Source: Amphiscolops sp. MND2022 (lineage: Eukaryota). From it: DNA of 64,000 bases. The notes beneath the pieces were generated by a model. The model saw only the letters and a list, made by a program, of their open reading frames with translations, was not told the origin of the DNA and did not search any database. Positions within the stretch are counted from its first letter, which is position 1. Every line of letters begins with the position of its first letter. Of this stretch, positions 24,801-38,100 are shown in pieces. The stretch is taken from the NCBI GenBank assembly GCA_964187785.1, contig OZ076415.1, positions 54,126,001 to 54,190,000 on the forward strand, written 5' to 3'. The translations under genes were made by a program, and so were the position numbers.

Positions 24801-27800
24801 CAGGAAATGTTGCCCTTTATGCAAGTAATCTAATCAAATATACAAAACATGAGGACATTAAGGAAAAAAACTGGTTTCCACCTTCATAAGACCCTGGAGA
24901 TCCTCAGTATCACACTCCAATTCAGAGACGTATCTTGACAGACCTACTCAACCTTCTAGAACTACAGAAACTCAATCCACAAAAGGACCTTGAGTCCAGA
25001 CGGTAACTCCTGACTATCTTTGACTGGACAGACTCCCTGCTCCAGCCACACGAAATTGAGCGCATAGAGGACCTTCTCGTCAAATTTTATGATCTATTTG
25101 CGAGACATCGCTTTGACATAGGCATGAACGAGGAATTTAAGGTCAAACTAACTCCAAAATTTTAATTGCCCAGCCTATGGCCAAAATCTACCAACTCCAA
25201 TCAACCTCAAAGAAGACCTTCTAGTGGAAGTAGCACTTCTACGCCGTGGTAAATACTATCCTTTTTTCTAAATACGCAAGTCCCATTTTCGCCCAAAAGA
25301 AGCCCAATGGCAAGTTCCGCCTTTCAATACTAACAGACAACAAATCGGTTACACTATTTTTCCAAACCAAAATATTTCCGCCCACTCTCTGGAATGCGTT
25401 TGAATATGTCATTCAATGTAGCTTCTCAATCGCTCACATTCCGGGCGAAAACAACACCGCAGCGGATTACATAACACGTTTAGAAGTATCACCGAAGGAG
25501 AAGTTAATTCTCCGGATCGGAGAAGATATTCCAACAAAGCCCAATGAACTCTACGTCCAACTGCCAGGAGTCCAACAAACAACAAACGCGAGATCACCTT
25601 ACCCACCAAATGCCAGCCACTTCGACAATTTCAACACTCACACTAGTAACCAAAATACACTCTCAGTACACCAAAAATTGTCAAACAAAAACACAGTAGC
25701 AATTGAGCAAAACAATGACGTCTTCCCAAAAAAACTTCGGCTCAAACTATAAAAAAAGAATACTCGGAAACAGTCCTGATTCAAGATACGCGATACCGAC
25801 ACCACCCAAGGCCAAAGAACGCAAATATTGATTGACTCCACGAAGAGGAATTTTATGCAATCATACTTAAAATATGAAGAACATTATGAATGTAAGGCCA
25901 AACCAGCTCCTCTGAAGATCAATGACTATTGCTTCATATTACAACCTGTCACAGACCACCAAAGGTCCAAATGTCCGTTTCGCGAATTTCGCTGCATAGG
26001 TCCTTACAGTGTTGAAAAGGTTTTACCGAACGGAAAGTTTATCGTCCGAAAACTCACCTCAAACAAAACGCAAACGTTTTAAAGGATTCGGTTTTGCAAA
26101 TAAGAGCCAGAGACGCACCTATCAGAAGTTTGCCCTGAAGGGAATGTACAGCCTGATGACGAAATAGTTATTCCGCTAGATGATTTATTTGTTATTACTT
26201 GGGAAACTGATTTTGGAGAACTGACAGATCTTAGCTCAGCAGAAACTCCTCTGCGAACGATTACAGATACCCAGGAGATACTATTACTACTCCAAATAGT
26301 CAGGATCAAATTTTCACCGATGCGGACCTACGGTCCACCGGACCACGTCTGACTAATGACTCGGATCCTCACACGTCAACCTCACCTGATTCAAATGCCA
26401 TCCTGATGATCAAATTACTTCAGGACGGAGCGATACTATCGTGCCCGAGGTATTGGACACCGAAAATGATGATGATTGTGGTATAGAAAATAAGGAGCCG
26501 TAGGGGAGGAAAACATAACCTTCGACCTAACCCCACCCCAAATTTCACTGATGAATTTAGATACTAGTCGAATAACTAGTCAAATACGTCTATTACAGGT
26601 TCCTCAACTGGTAATAATATCTTTCAGGGGACTAATCCGACTTTTGTATGAGGAGAGACAACCATCGCAAACATAGCGAGAGAAATAACATTCTCCAAAT
26701 GAAACAAAAGAAATAATTACAATACTACGGCAAAAGTTTACAATTGTCCACTAGGTACTATTAGTCTTTACTGCTGCATTGGCGCAAGTTCTCGGCTGAC
26801 TGGGTTTTCTCAGCATCTGATAACAACTCAGTTGTCCTGACATTATTCTTTGAGCACTGGAGTGTGGATAAGGGTTGCAGTCCTTCATCGGGATTGTAAA
26901 TAATTTCCTTAGTAGGCAACCCTTGAAAACTGCAGGAAGGTTCTTGTTTTTCTAAGATTGCAGCTCACCCAAAATAGTCTAGCCCCTGGCAAGGATTGTT
27001 GGTATCACTCAAAGCAGTACGTCCAAAAGTAGATCCTAGCTCCAAAACTTCCGCGATAGACGACTTGGACATAACGCACTCAAAAGCCCCTGGGATTTTA
27101 TGGATGAATGACTGGACAGAATAGAAGCTTGCTCGAAGGATCGTCACTATTCACGGACTTGAATTTGATTACGGTGGACGACCGGAAGGGTTCGTCCAAT
27201 TCAGAGACATGCGAGTTTGAAACAACGCAATCGCAACGGACGTGAGGGCAAAGTGTTCAAGTGAAAGCCAATAGTGTCTGTGATTAGCAGTGTAGGCTGG
27301 TCAAACGCAGCGTAACTGATTCTGATCTCAACCACGAAGGACCAATACTCCTTCAGGGCGGGCTTACGATTTCTGTTCCAAAATGAGATAACCATGGAGC
27401 CGGGAGGTTTTAAACAACTTGCTGAAGCACATAGATGCAAGTGTAACTGGGAATAAAGCAGAATCTCCAGGTCGAAACTACCAAGACCCAGAGCAATGAC
27501 AGTGGTGAAGTCGAAATTACCTCTGGTCTCCCTGAGTAAATGCGTTACGTAGATTCGTGAGAGCCTTTCGAAATCGTCTTTTTTGTATTGGCTGTGAGTT
27601 TCTTCATGGTGAATTTCTCACTCTTCTTCTTCTTCTTCTTTTTCTCATGGTACTCTCTTTCTGCTTTGATTTTGCAAGCTTGATCCAACTCCTTCCCCAA
27701 CCGAATCTGACAAAGAAATTCTGGTACACTGAGGGCTGCGGACCTGGCCAAATCTAGATCAAGTATGTCTTTGAAATTGTTCTCTGACGGTAGGTCAGCA

Positions 27801-27900
27801 GAATCAACACATCTCCTGCCCAACTTTAGAAGGAACTGACAAAGTTGTCGGAAGGAAGAAAAGGCGCGGTCCCTTCAGCCATCTAAACTGAGGACGAAAA
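21834..27900 (+). mobile_element. Degenerate Gypsy element with internal deletions of most of RT/RNase H and of the integrase core
   Basis: Gag with two knuckle remnants (CKKPSHTNELC, CGKTNHPVERC); protease LVDT at ~24125. RT start FSKYASPIFAQKKPNGKFRL is fused directly to the RNH end (LTDNKSV...HIPGENNTAADYITR). Integrase C-terminal GPY motif at ~25990; purine tract at ~26490. LTRs not identified. Confidence 0.85.
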
Positions 27901-28239
27901 TAGTTGTGTCTGAAGCAAAAAGGTAAATGCACGTGGTATCCCGAACAAGCTCTAATCATTTGAAGAAATCATCATGAATTATCAACCACTCCAGACTGTG
28001 CGGCCTAAATAAAATTGCAGTCAAAAATCGTATTATGCTTAAGAACCAGTGGTCCTCGGGACAAGTGAGACCTACCTAATTTTTGACGCCCATCATTTCC
28101 TGCGTGACAGTATTTGAGGAGTGATACTCAATGACCGATTTACAGTGTGAAAGCAACTCATGGCACAAAGTGGGCAATGTTGCAACTGTTATCTTGCTAG
28201 TTTTGAAAGCCTAAACGATCATAAAACTTCCTATCACTC

Positions 28240-30249
28240 TGATCTAGGCTGTGAGCCCACGAGGATCTCTCTGGATATACTGGATCACAAATTAGGACTT
28301 TATCCTAACCCTAAAATTTTTACCAACGACGAATTTTGCCCAAGAATTTCTACGAAGAACGCAAATATTGATTGACTCCACGAAGTGGAATATTATGCAA
28401 TCATACCTAAAATATGAAGAACATTATGAATGTAGGGCCAAAGCAGCTCCTCTGAAGATCAATGACTATTGCTTCATATTACAACCTATCACAGACCACC
28501 AAGAGACCAAACTTCCGTTTCGCGAAATTCGCTGTTTAGGTCCTTTCAGTGTTGAAAAAGTTTTACCAAACGAAAATTTTATCGTCCGAAAACTCACCTC
28601 AAACAAAACGCAAACGTTTTATAGGATTCGGTTTTGCAAATATGAGCCAAATACGCCCCTATCAGAAGTTCGCCCTGAAAGGAATGTACAGCCTGATGAC
28701 GAAATAGTTATTCCGCTAGATGATTTATATGTTATTACTTGGGAAACTGATTTTGGAGAACTGACAGATCTTAGCTCAGCGGAAACTCCTCTGCGAACGA
28801 TTACAGATACCCAGGAGATACTATTACTACTCCATATAGTCAGGATCAAATTTTCACCGATGCGGACCTACGGTCCACCGGACCACGTCTGACTAATGAC
28901 TCGGATCCTCACACGTCAACTTCACCTGATTCAAATGCCATCCTGATGATCAAATTACTTCAGGACGGAGCGATACTATCGTGCCCGAGGTTTTGGACAA
29001 CGAAAATGATGATGATTGTGGTATAGAAAATAGGAGCCCTAGGGGAGGAAAACATAACCTTTGACCTAACCCCACCCCAAATTTCACTGATGAATTTAGA
29101 TACTAGTCAAATAACTAGTCAAATACATTATTTACAGGTCCCTTAACTGGTAATAATATCTTTCAGGAGACTAATCCGACTTTTGTATGAGGAGAGACAA
29201 CCATCGCAAACATAGGGAGAGAAATAACATTCTCCAAATGAAACAAAAGAAATAAATACAATAGTACGGCAAAAGTTTACAATTGTACACTAGGTACTAT
29301 TAGTCTTTACTGCTGCATTGGCGCAAGTTCTTGGCTGACTGGTTTATCTCAGCATCTAATAACAACTCAGTTGTCCTGACATTCTTCTTTGAGTACTGGA
29401 GGGTGGATAAGGGTTGCAGTCCTTCATCGGGATTGTGAATAATTTCCTCAGTAGACAACCCTTGAAAACTGCAGGAAGGATCTTGTTTATCTAAGATTGC
29501 AGCTCACCCAAATAGTCTAGCCCCTGCCAAGGATTGTTGGTATCACTCAAAGCAGTACGTCCAAAAGTAGATCCTAGCTCCAAAACTTCCGCGATAGACG
29601 AATTGGACATAACGCACTCAAAAACCCCTGGGATGAATGACTGCACAGAATAAAGGCTTGCTCGAAGGATCGTCACTATTCACGGACTTGAATTTGATTA
29701 CGGTGGACGGCCGGAAGGGTTCGTCCAATTCAAAGACATGCGAGTTTGAAACAACGCAATCGCAAAGGACGTAAGGGCAAAGTGGTCAAGTGAAAGCCTA
29801 TAGTGTCTGTGATTAGCAGGCAGTGTAGGCTGGTCAAACACAGCGTAGCTGATTCTGATCTCAACCACGAAGGACAAACACTCCTTCGAGGCGGGCTTGC
29901 GATTTCTGTTCCAAGATGAGATAACCATTGAGCCGGAAGGTTTTAAACAACTTGTTGAAGCACATAGATGCAAGTGTAACTGGGAATAAAGCAGAATCTC
30001 CAGGTCGAAACTACCAAGACCCAGAGCAATGACAGTGGTGAAGTCGAAATTACCTCTGGTCTCCCTGAGTAAATGCGTTACGTAGATTCGTCAGAGCCTT
30101 CCGGTATCGTCTTTTTTGTCTTCGCTGTGAGTTTTTTCATGGTAAATTTCTCACTCTTCTTCTTTTTCTCATGGTACTCTCTTTCTGCTTTGATTTTGCA
30201 AGCTTGATCCAACTCCTTCCCCAACCGAATGTGACAAAGAAAATCTGGT
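28240..30249 (+). mobile_element. Second copy of the Gypsy 3' region (integrase C-terminus plus downstream region)
   Basis: 28356-30249 aligns closely with 25816-27729 and has extra integrase sequence (LDHKLG..PNPKI) upstream. Confidence 0.9.
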
Positions 30250-31909
30250 AGGTGTCATAAAACCGGGTTTGTTCACCAAAAAGCCCTAATGACTCAAATC
30301 ATTTCAGTGGCGCGTCGTAGAACAAGGTATCAAAATTCCTACTTACATCGCTCATTCGTCACTTTTGTTGAAACCATACTTTGTTCAGTTTAGTACCTTT
30401 CCTATTTGAGCGTCAAAATGGCGGCAAAATAAGAGTCGCTCAACAACGAAGTTGGAAATTTTGAAGATCGAAATAAAAGTTTGACACGCAGAAATGGTGA
30501 CTCAACTGAAACAGAATTGCTAGTTTTGAGAGCGGAGAATCTAAGCACTAATAACAGGAACAATCAATCCAGGATAACACAAGCTAGATACTTTCATCAA
30601 AAAGAACACAAAACGACACACTTCTAACTAAATACACTATACATAAGTAGCATGAGGGAAACCTTCCTTTCGACAAAATTTAGTTGAATACAACAAATTA
30701 CATATTTCAATGACCACTAGATGTTACGAACAAATTCGGATTAATCAATTCAAGTATCACAACATTATAAGCCATATAGGTTAGCAACAAAAATGAATTG
30801 AACAGTGGCTTTTCAGTCAAAAAACTCCATATCAGAACAACCTAATTCATTGCAACATTCATTGTTTCCAATTTCTGGCGTTACCTTCGCGTAGTGTTTC
30901 AAATTGTCTAATGTACTAGTCCTGAATTGCCGTTTAGAGTTTTGAAATAATAGTTCAGGAGAAAATAGTTTAAACAACTTAAGAATAACAATTTCACTGG
31001 TTGATTACAGCACATCATTTGGGACTAATCATTAGTTTCACAATTCACATTACATTACAGCCTTCCCTTTTGATTATACTGGACTTAAAACCGTAAGAAA
31101 TGTTTTAATTTTGCTAACAACTTCTCCTAAATTGCACCTAAATTTCCTTCCATCGCTCTACATTTTACCAATTGCAACGTAGTAGCAACGTACGTTAAAA
31201 AATTAGTTATGGTGGACCAGCAGCGTGACGTGATAGCTACGTCAACAATTGGTGGAGCCCGTTCTAATTAGCTTAGTAGTGACGTCACACATTGTTCTTA
31301 CTTATTTGAGCGCAATTGTACTGAGCTTCTAGCGTTCTTTTGGCCCTTTAAGAATATAGAGTAGCCACCCTATTGAGCGACGTTTCCATTACGTTGTTAT
31401 TACATGTTTAAATTGATCGACTGTATTTTAAGTGGATTTTGACAACTACTTTGGTACTGAAAGTCATCTACTGTACTGTTTTGTATGTTTGCTTCGGTTT
31501 AGATTGTTTGAGCTTCGTTGAGATTACGGTAACAAATATTAAATCATACCATTATATCAAACATATTCATTATCATAACACAATATTATATCAAACCTTT
31601 ATCGGTCCAGGGAGAAAAAAAGAGTTGAAAATATTTTGGGTTTTGTTACCGATTTTGATACTCAGCTTAGTATGGAAATTCAAGAAGATGAAACCGGAAG
31701 TAAAATATAAAAATTTTACTAAAACACCACTGTTCTCTTACCTCTTACGTTGACTTCTAAAATTTGGAAATTCCTTGCAACGTATTCAACTGTACTGTAA
31801 GTAGAATTAGATTAACTAAAAAAAATTTTGTCGTTCTTGCTGTAGCCGTGTCCAAGCCCTTTTACACTACGGTGGATTCCATCGTGACGAGTGAAACACC
31901 GACTGGGAG

Positions 31910-32800
31910 CGGGTCGTGACAACATGAATGACATCGACCTAAGAGGGAGTGATTGTAACTTAGTCATCTCTGCCGATGATACTACAATCATCAAAGCCAA
32001 CCGTGAAGGCTGTTGCTCAATCCAACATACAATCGATTATCTGAAAACGTTTTGTGCCAGAAATCTGAGTTTTAGTGAAGTCAATTGTGAATCATTATCT
32101 TTGGAAAGAGACACCCGAGGAAACTCCGTATTTTGGACAAAATTTTGAGCTATAAAAGTGCATTCAAATATCTAGGTGTTTTTGTAGACAGATACCTAGG
32201 ATTCAGTGAACCTATCGAGCATGTAGTGAAGAAACTCGAACAATTTTGTGGTCTTAGTTATAAAATACGGCATATGTACCCGCAGAATTGTTTATAGATG
32301 TTTTATACCTCATTTGTGACGTCTGTAATAAGTTAGATAGGTCTTCTGATTTATGGATCGTCAAATGAATCGAACTTGGACAAAAATCGAATCTGCTCAA
32401 CGGAGACATTTTTGAGGTATCTTTTGTCAAACAAAATTGACTCCCAGCATGGGGTTTTACAAAGTCACAAGATTCTAACTGTTTTGGAACTCTTCTTTGT
32501 AGAGAAGGTAAAAGAACTTTTGGACAACTACCGCAAAATGACGAAATATAAAAAATGGATTTGAAATGCCTTCTTAAAACGCGTACACTCCCAGGCTGCA
32601 CAACAAAGTTCTCTTCGCAATTGTGTATAGTAGAACAACTATCCAATGAAACTCTTTGAGTAATTGTCTAAAGAAAACTTCCATTTGGCTTACAGTTTGC
32701 TGCCATGCAACTTGAAGGAACTCAGTCGATTTCAAATTAAAGGTTTGAAATCAAAAATACATAACGTTTTTTTATTGCTGATAATAGGGTTCTGTCGTCC
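31910..32800 (+). mobile_element. 5'-truncated non-LTR retrotransposon (L2/CR1-like RT C-terminus)
   Basis: MNDIDL...VISADDTTI (FADD motif), FKYLGVFVDRYLGFSEPIEHVVKKL, and GLLIYGS, in broken frames. Confidence 0.8.
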
Positions 32801-33794
32801 CTTTATTTAAAAAATATGAAACATAATTTTCACATAAGTTCAAATTTTTCACAATAATAGTTATGGATATTGGTCGACGAATCTTAAGTAATGGGTTAGT
32901 ACATATTTGATTATCCCTAATTGGTTTTCTTGGGGCGGGACTCGACGAGTTTTGATAATTCTTTTCCCGTCCAGATTATGATTGTTATTTCCTCTTAACG
33001 TCAAAATTGTTATTCATCTTTCCATTCAAATAAACTTTTCTTTTCTTTCTAATTAGTTGGATGACATCAGTTTGCAGAGATGTTTAAGTTTGAATGTTGA
33101 ATGGTTCACACTTCCGCCCATGAGAATGATTGCAACAGAGGGAACTTTGAGACGCATCAAGTACTTCTACTGTTGTGGAGTGAAACGTTCTCAAACAATT
33201 CCTACCCAATTTATATAAATTGACATTCCTCTTCAGACAGTAAAACCTTTGCTGACATATCTAACAAGAACACTCTTTCAAATATTGAACTCTTTTAGTT
33301 TGAGAAACCCGATTTATTAACAAAGCATTTCTTTCATCACGGCGAATTGTTTTAGGCGAATTTAGTGCATGAATATTTTGGGCATGAGTCGATTGATTCA
33401 TTCATCCACTGAAACCAAGAAATTTTGACTTGTTCATGACTGCAGCAGTAAAGATAGTTTAGGATTTTTAATTTCGCTTCGTGTTCTCTGTTTGACCGAA
33501 CAATTGAAGCGTCTTTCAGAAGCAGAGTTAATTTTGAGTCATTATGTATATATCATAAATTGCATCAAAGGCTTTCTCAAGAACGTCGCAGTGCTTCAAA
33601 TAGACATGAAATCATTACGTCATCTGACTAACAATGCAGCTACCATGTATGTACGAACACATTCAACTCGAGTGACACGACTTTGAACGCTTATACATGA
33701 TCCTTCAGAACTTTATAGTTTCTGCCATTTTCAAAATCTAACTTGTTCGGTCCAAATTTCCGTTGTCTCCATTTTACTGGGTTTTCTTTTTACA

Positions 33795-34277
33795 ATGGTT
33801 TCTCATCCTATGACAAAGTTACCCTTGAGTCAATCCTCAGAAGTTTATGGCAATTCTGTTTTTTACAGGAAGCAGCAGATATCGGTGGATTCTTCTGAAG
33901 ATAGCTTCTATGATTACTTTCATGTCGCCAATCCTGACTTACACAAGCAGGTTAACCACTTGTCATTTGAGTCTTTTTTCCAGCCCCAGGACTCACAACA
34001 GGTTTCAGATAGACCGCAATTACTAGAAGAGGCATGCTCAGTTTCTCTGGAGTACCACAATTTCATAATTACCAAATTAAACGAGCAAATGAGAGTGTAC
34101 AAAAAAGAAATTGAGACGCTCACCCAAACTTTGAAGGAGACGCTCACTGAACATGCCATGTTGTCAGACTTTGTGTTTCAAGTTGACGAGCTGATGGAGA
34201 GAAAAGATTCTAACAGGTGGCTCACAAATAACTCTTTTGACGTTATTTTGAAAGAGCTCCAATTGAAAGAGCAATAG
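33795..34277 (+). CDS. Coiled-coil-containing ORF, probably an upstream part of the TBC1D2-like gene
   Basis: 160-aa ORF with a heptad-like stretch KLNEQMRVYKKEIETLTQTLKE; same strand and upstream of the TBC domain, as in the PH-CC-TBC architecture. Linkage is inferred. Confidence 0.4.
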   Translation: MVSHPMTKLPLSQSSEVYGNSVFYRKQQISVDSSEDSFYDYFHVANPDLHKQVNHLSFESFFQPQDSQQVSDRPQLLEEACSVSLEYHNFIITKLNEQMRVYKKEIETLTQTLKETLTEHAMLSDFVFQVDELMERKDSNRWLTNNSFDVILKELQLKEQ

Positions 34278-35100
34278 TTTTCAAGAGCAATAGTTCACGT
34301 GAAAACAAGCCAATATTCAAGTTCTCCCAATTCATTAAATGTAACAAAACGATATTTTTGACATTTTTACAAACTATTTTCGCTTAGGCCTCTCGGAAGG
34401 TTCAAAGTTGGCTCAAACCAAAAATCAGTTGAAATTTTAAGAGAGGCTGTTAGTTTTCGAAGTTAGGTAAATTTTCCCTCGAAAAGCGGATTGCATAAAT
34501 GGTATGTAGTGTCATTGGAACGAAATTTTTCTGACATATCCTAATTCAGCTCATCCATAAATCCAGGGACATCTTAGGTCCTCTTGGAGTCAAAGACAAA
34601 GTATAGTAAGCGGTACTGTATATATAAAGACAGGAATGCAAGCAAGTTCGATATTTACGCTGTTCTTGTGGTTCAAAATACAAAAATCGTTTCTAAAAAC
34701 TTTTTTTTTGGAATTGAAAATCGAACTTTTAAAGATGCTTTAATTTTCAAAAACAAGCCGCATGTAGTTTGCCAAAGTAGCATAGACGGAACGACGTTTT
34801 ACATTTTTTTCACAGTGATGAATACTTTTGGCATTGAAAATCATTTCGAGTTTTCAAAAATTATTTTCAATGCTCGAAATGATTTTCAGTTGCAAGCCAC
34901 TTCTTGGGTTTCAGAAACAGTTGTTTACAAACTTCTGCTGTTATTGTGCAGAAAAAGATTGCTAGCTTTTGTCTCAGTTATAAACAACGTCGTAATAAGG
35001 AAATTGAGATCTCAGAGGATATAATGCGAAATTCCATCGGAGTTGCCAAGTTGATGCCTCAGTGATTTCTTTTTAATTCTTACCGGTTTTTATTGTTCAG

Positions 35101-35189
35101 AGGACTCGAACTCAAAAACCTGCCACATAAACAACGACGACATCAATGTCCATTATATTCCATCTAGTTGTTTCATAAATTTACGAGTG
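35101..35189 (+). CDS. 5' part of the TBC exon, left of the Gypsy insertion
   Basis: Pyrimidine-rich acceptor ...tttttattgttcag|AG. Frame DSNSKTCHINNDDINVHYIPSSCFINLRV runs in frame across the TSD into the 41076 ORF. Confidence 0.65.
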
Positions 35190-38100
35190 TGTTGTAGACT
35201 CGATAAAATAATAAGGTTGGATGCTCAAGTTAAGATTAAGATGTAGCAGTATAACGTAGAGATCAACTGTATACAAACTAAAAGGTAGCATCAACTAAAC
35301 AGTACAGACTAGTGTCCTTTAAAGTTCATGACAGGTATTTGGCAACACTGTCTAGACTAATAGGAGCACTCTCTTCTACACTCCCCCCTCTCCGGGTTTG
35401 AGGGTTTTTTTCTGACCATCGGGCTTCGGGGTGTCGGATCGTTGTGGGCTGTTTCGGGTGAAGTGGATCACTTTTTTTTCTGGTGTTGTTGCTTTGAATC
35501 TGGAATTACTTTAAGTTTGTTAAAAGTATTCGATACCGCCCATTTTTACGACCCTCTTAGCTGTTTTAATTCTGCTTGATCTACGGATCCCCCCATCTCC
35601 CTCTATATTCTCTATGTTTCCCCCCCTTCTAAGCCAAAATCTACTAAACCTCTCTTGGCTGGGCTGTTTGTTTTGTTGGGTTACCCGGTGGGGGTACCAT
35701 CGCGTCCTGCTGTTGGCCGTTTCGGAATTCGCTCGGTGCTTCATCCGATCGGCGAAGAAATTGCAGGGGTATCCATGGCCTTCTGTTCTTCCGGCTGTCC
35801 GTTGTCATACCTTATGTCCGCGGTTACGGTCAGCTCGGGATCGATATTTGCCGTGGACGGTAGCTCTTCGGTATGATCTGACTGGCTGTCGGTTGATATC
35901 GTGGTGATGTCTGGTGTCACCTTCGGTCGTTCAGCCGGCATCGTGGGAAAAGTCATGCCCGATGTTGACTTTTTCTGGTCGTCTTGTTTGTTGTATAGCC
36001 GTTTGTGCGTGTCACATAGGTTTCCATTGCTGAAGCGGCCGCACCTTTTACATCTCATTGTCGGCTTTCGTGTTTCGTCTGGCTTCTTTGATGGCTGAAA
36101 TTTCAGAGGTTTAGATGCCAGTTTCTAATGAATTAGTTTTCCCTCAGTTGTTGTTATGGTGTGCTTAGTTTCCTTGGCTGCGGTTAAAATTTTATCGGTT
36201 TTGAACCGACATTTCATTGCATTAGGCTTGGTTTCTTTTTCAATAAATTTGTAACTTTTAAAATCACCGCTTACCGATCTACCCCTCTTCCTCGACTCGT
36301 TTAAAACCAGGTAATCGGCCAATTGCCCGTCTGAGTCTTTTATGGTGTAGACTTGTAATTCTGCAGGTTGAGCTAAAACGTAGTTGGTTTTTGTTTTGTT
36401 CCAGTCAGTTAATAGGCAGGCGGGCTGCCCAATTAGATTTGCTTTGGCGTGCGCGGTTTACGGCCGTAATGTAATTGGAAAGGCGTCATTTTAAGTGTGT
36501 TATGCATGGTTTGTCTAATTGTTTTAATTGCTCTTGTGACGCTTTCTTCAACAGTTAAACCGTCTTCCAAATTGGCTCTGGTCAGTGATTTGATTGTGCG
36601 TATGGTCCTTTCAAGCAACCCGGTTCCTGTGTGTAAATTCGGGGTACTACGTATCCTTTTTATGTTTTCGCCTTTGCAGTAATTTTTAAATTCTTGGCTT
36701 TTAAAACAACTGCCGTTATCGGTGCGTATTGTTTTCGGTGTTCCGTTATCGGTACAATATTTTGTTAAAAACTTTATCACGGTCCGGGAATCCGTACTTG
36801 TACAAATTTGGGCCGTTGGCCATTTGCTAAAACGGTCGACCGCGACTAAAATGTAAACATCTCCGCGTGATTTCGATTTTGTCGGGCCTGCAAAATCTAA
36901 TTGAATTTCCTGACCCGGTTCGGTTAAAATTTCGAGTGTATTTACCTCCGTTTGTGGAATTTGTGTTTTTAGGTTCTTACCAGCTGTTCGGCAACTAGGA
37001 CAGGTCTCCGCTTTTTCTCGGATTTCTCGGTGTTATCCGGGCCACCAGAACGCCTCTGCCGATTTGTCCATCTTTGTGACGGATACGTGGCCGCTGTGTA
37101 ACATCGCTATAATTGTTGAGCGCATTGTTTCCGGGATAACGATCCGGTCGTTGTAAAAGAGCAGCCCAAATCGTGTCTCTAGATGCTCTCGGTGGGGACG
37201 ATTAGGAAAGAATCAATCTTCCGCTCTGCCGGCCTCCAGTGCGATTATGGCGTCCAATATCTTTGTGTCTTGCGCCGTTTCCTCCACCAGCAATGGCAAA
37301 TCCAATGCAAAGTCCTTTTCTGCTCTCCGAATTGTTTCGGCTGTCTTTTGGTTCCTGTCTTCGGGTAATGTATTCAACTTGGCGGTCTGCTTTAGTCGAA
37401 TCAAGTTTACACTTTCATGTCTTTTAAGCTTTTTCGGGACGCTGATCGGGCATTTCTCGGTTTTCAGATGGCTAACTTGGCTCTCGTTGTCTGAGGGGTT
37501 GCTGATCCAGGACTCGTGTACATTTTCATTGAATTCCTTCAGTGGTGTTGTCCCAATAGTTTCGCAGTAGTTAAAAAATCGATTGTAAATCAGGCTGTTA
37601 ATCCTCTCGATTTCTTTTCTTTCTTGCTGTGTCGGGCGGTAGTCTAGGATCCGTTCGTTCTCACCACCTTTGCCTACGATCCGAGTTTTGTTTGGATGCA
37701 ATAATTTAAATCTCTCCGTTCTCAGTCTGCTGGTTTCCGGGGAATACCTGCGTTTTTTGAAGATGAACTGTAAAACAATTCCATTAACTTTGTCCATTTT
37801 AGATATTGTAATTGATTTGGATATGTGTTTGGGATTGTCAATTAATTCGGTGTTATTTGACGGTGAGAAAGTTTGATCTGATCGTTCGCGGCTGTTCTGT
37901 TCACGTGTCCGCGTGCGGCATTGTGATTGGCTGGAATTCGTTGCCGAGTACGGTCGTTTGATGTGTTGCGTAATACTGCCGCTTGTTCGGTTAAACTCAA
38001 ATAAGCCGTATATCTGATTAATTACGAACTCCTCTTCGGCTTCTTTTTCTTCGTTTGCGTTTAGTTCTTCGGTTCTGAGTTCGTTGACGATCGGATGTCG

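Noticed and set aside
30252-31430. 3' LTR of the 21.8-kb Gypsy starting TGTCATAAAACC
   Set aside because: No matching partner LTR or TSD found upstream of 21834.
33050-33700. PH-domain exons of the TBC1D2-like gene
   Set aside because: Only a faint resemblance (IKYFY...IDI) across stops and frames; not supportable without a profile search.
34584-35024. 146-aa ORF as a gene
   Set aside because: Non-ATG start, AT-rich repeat-like sequence, no recognisable motif; probably intronic.
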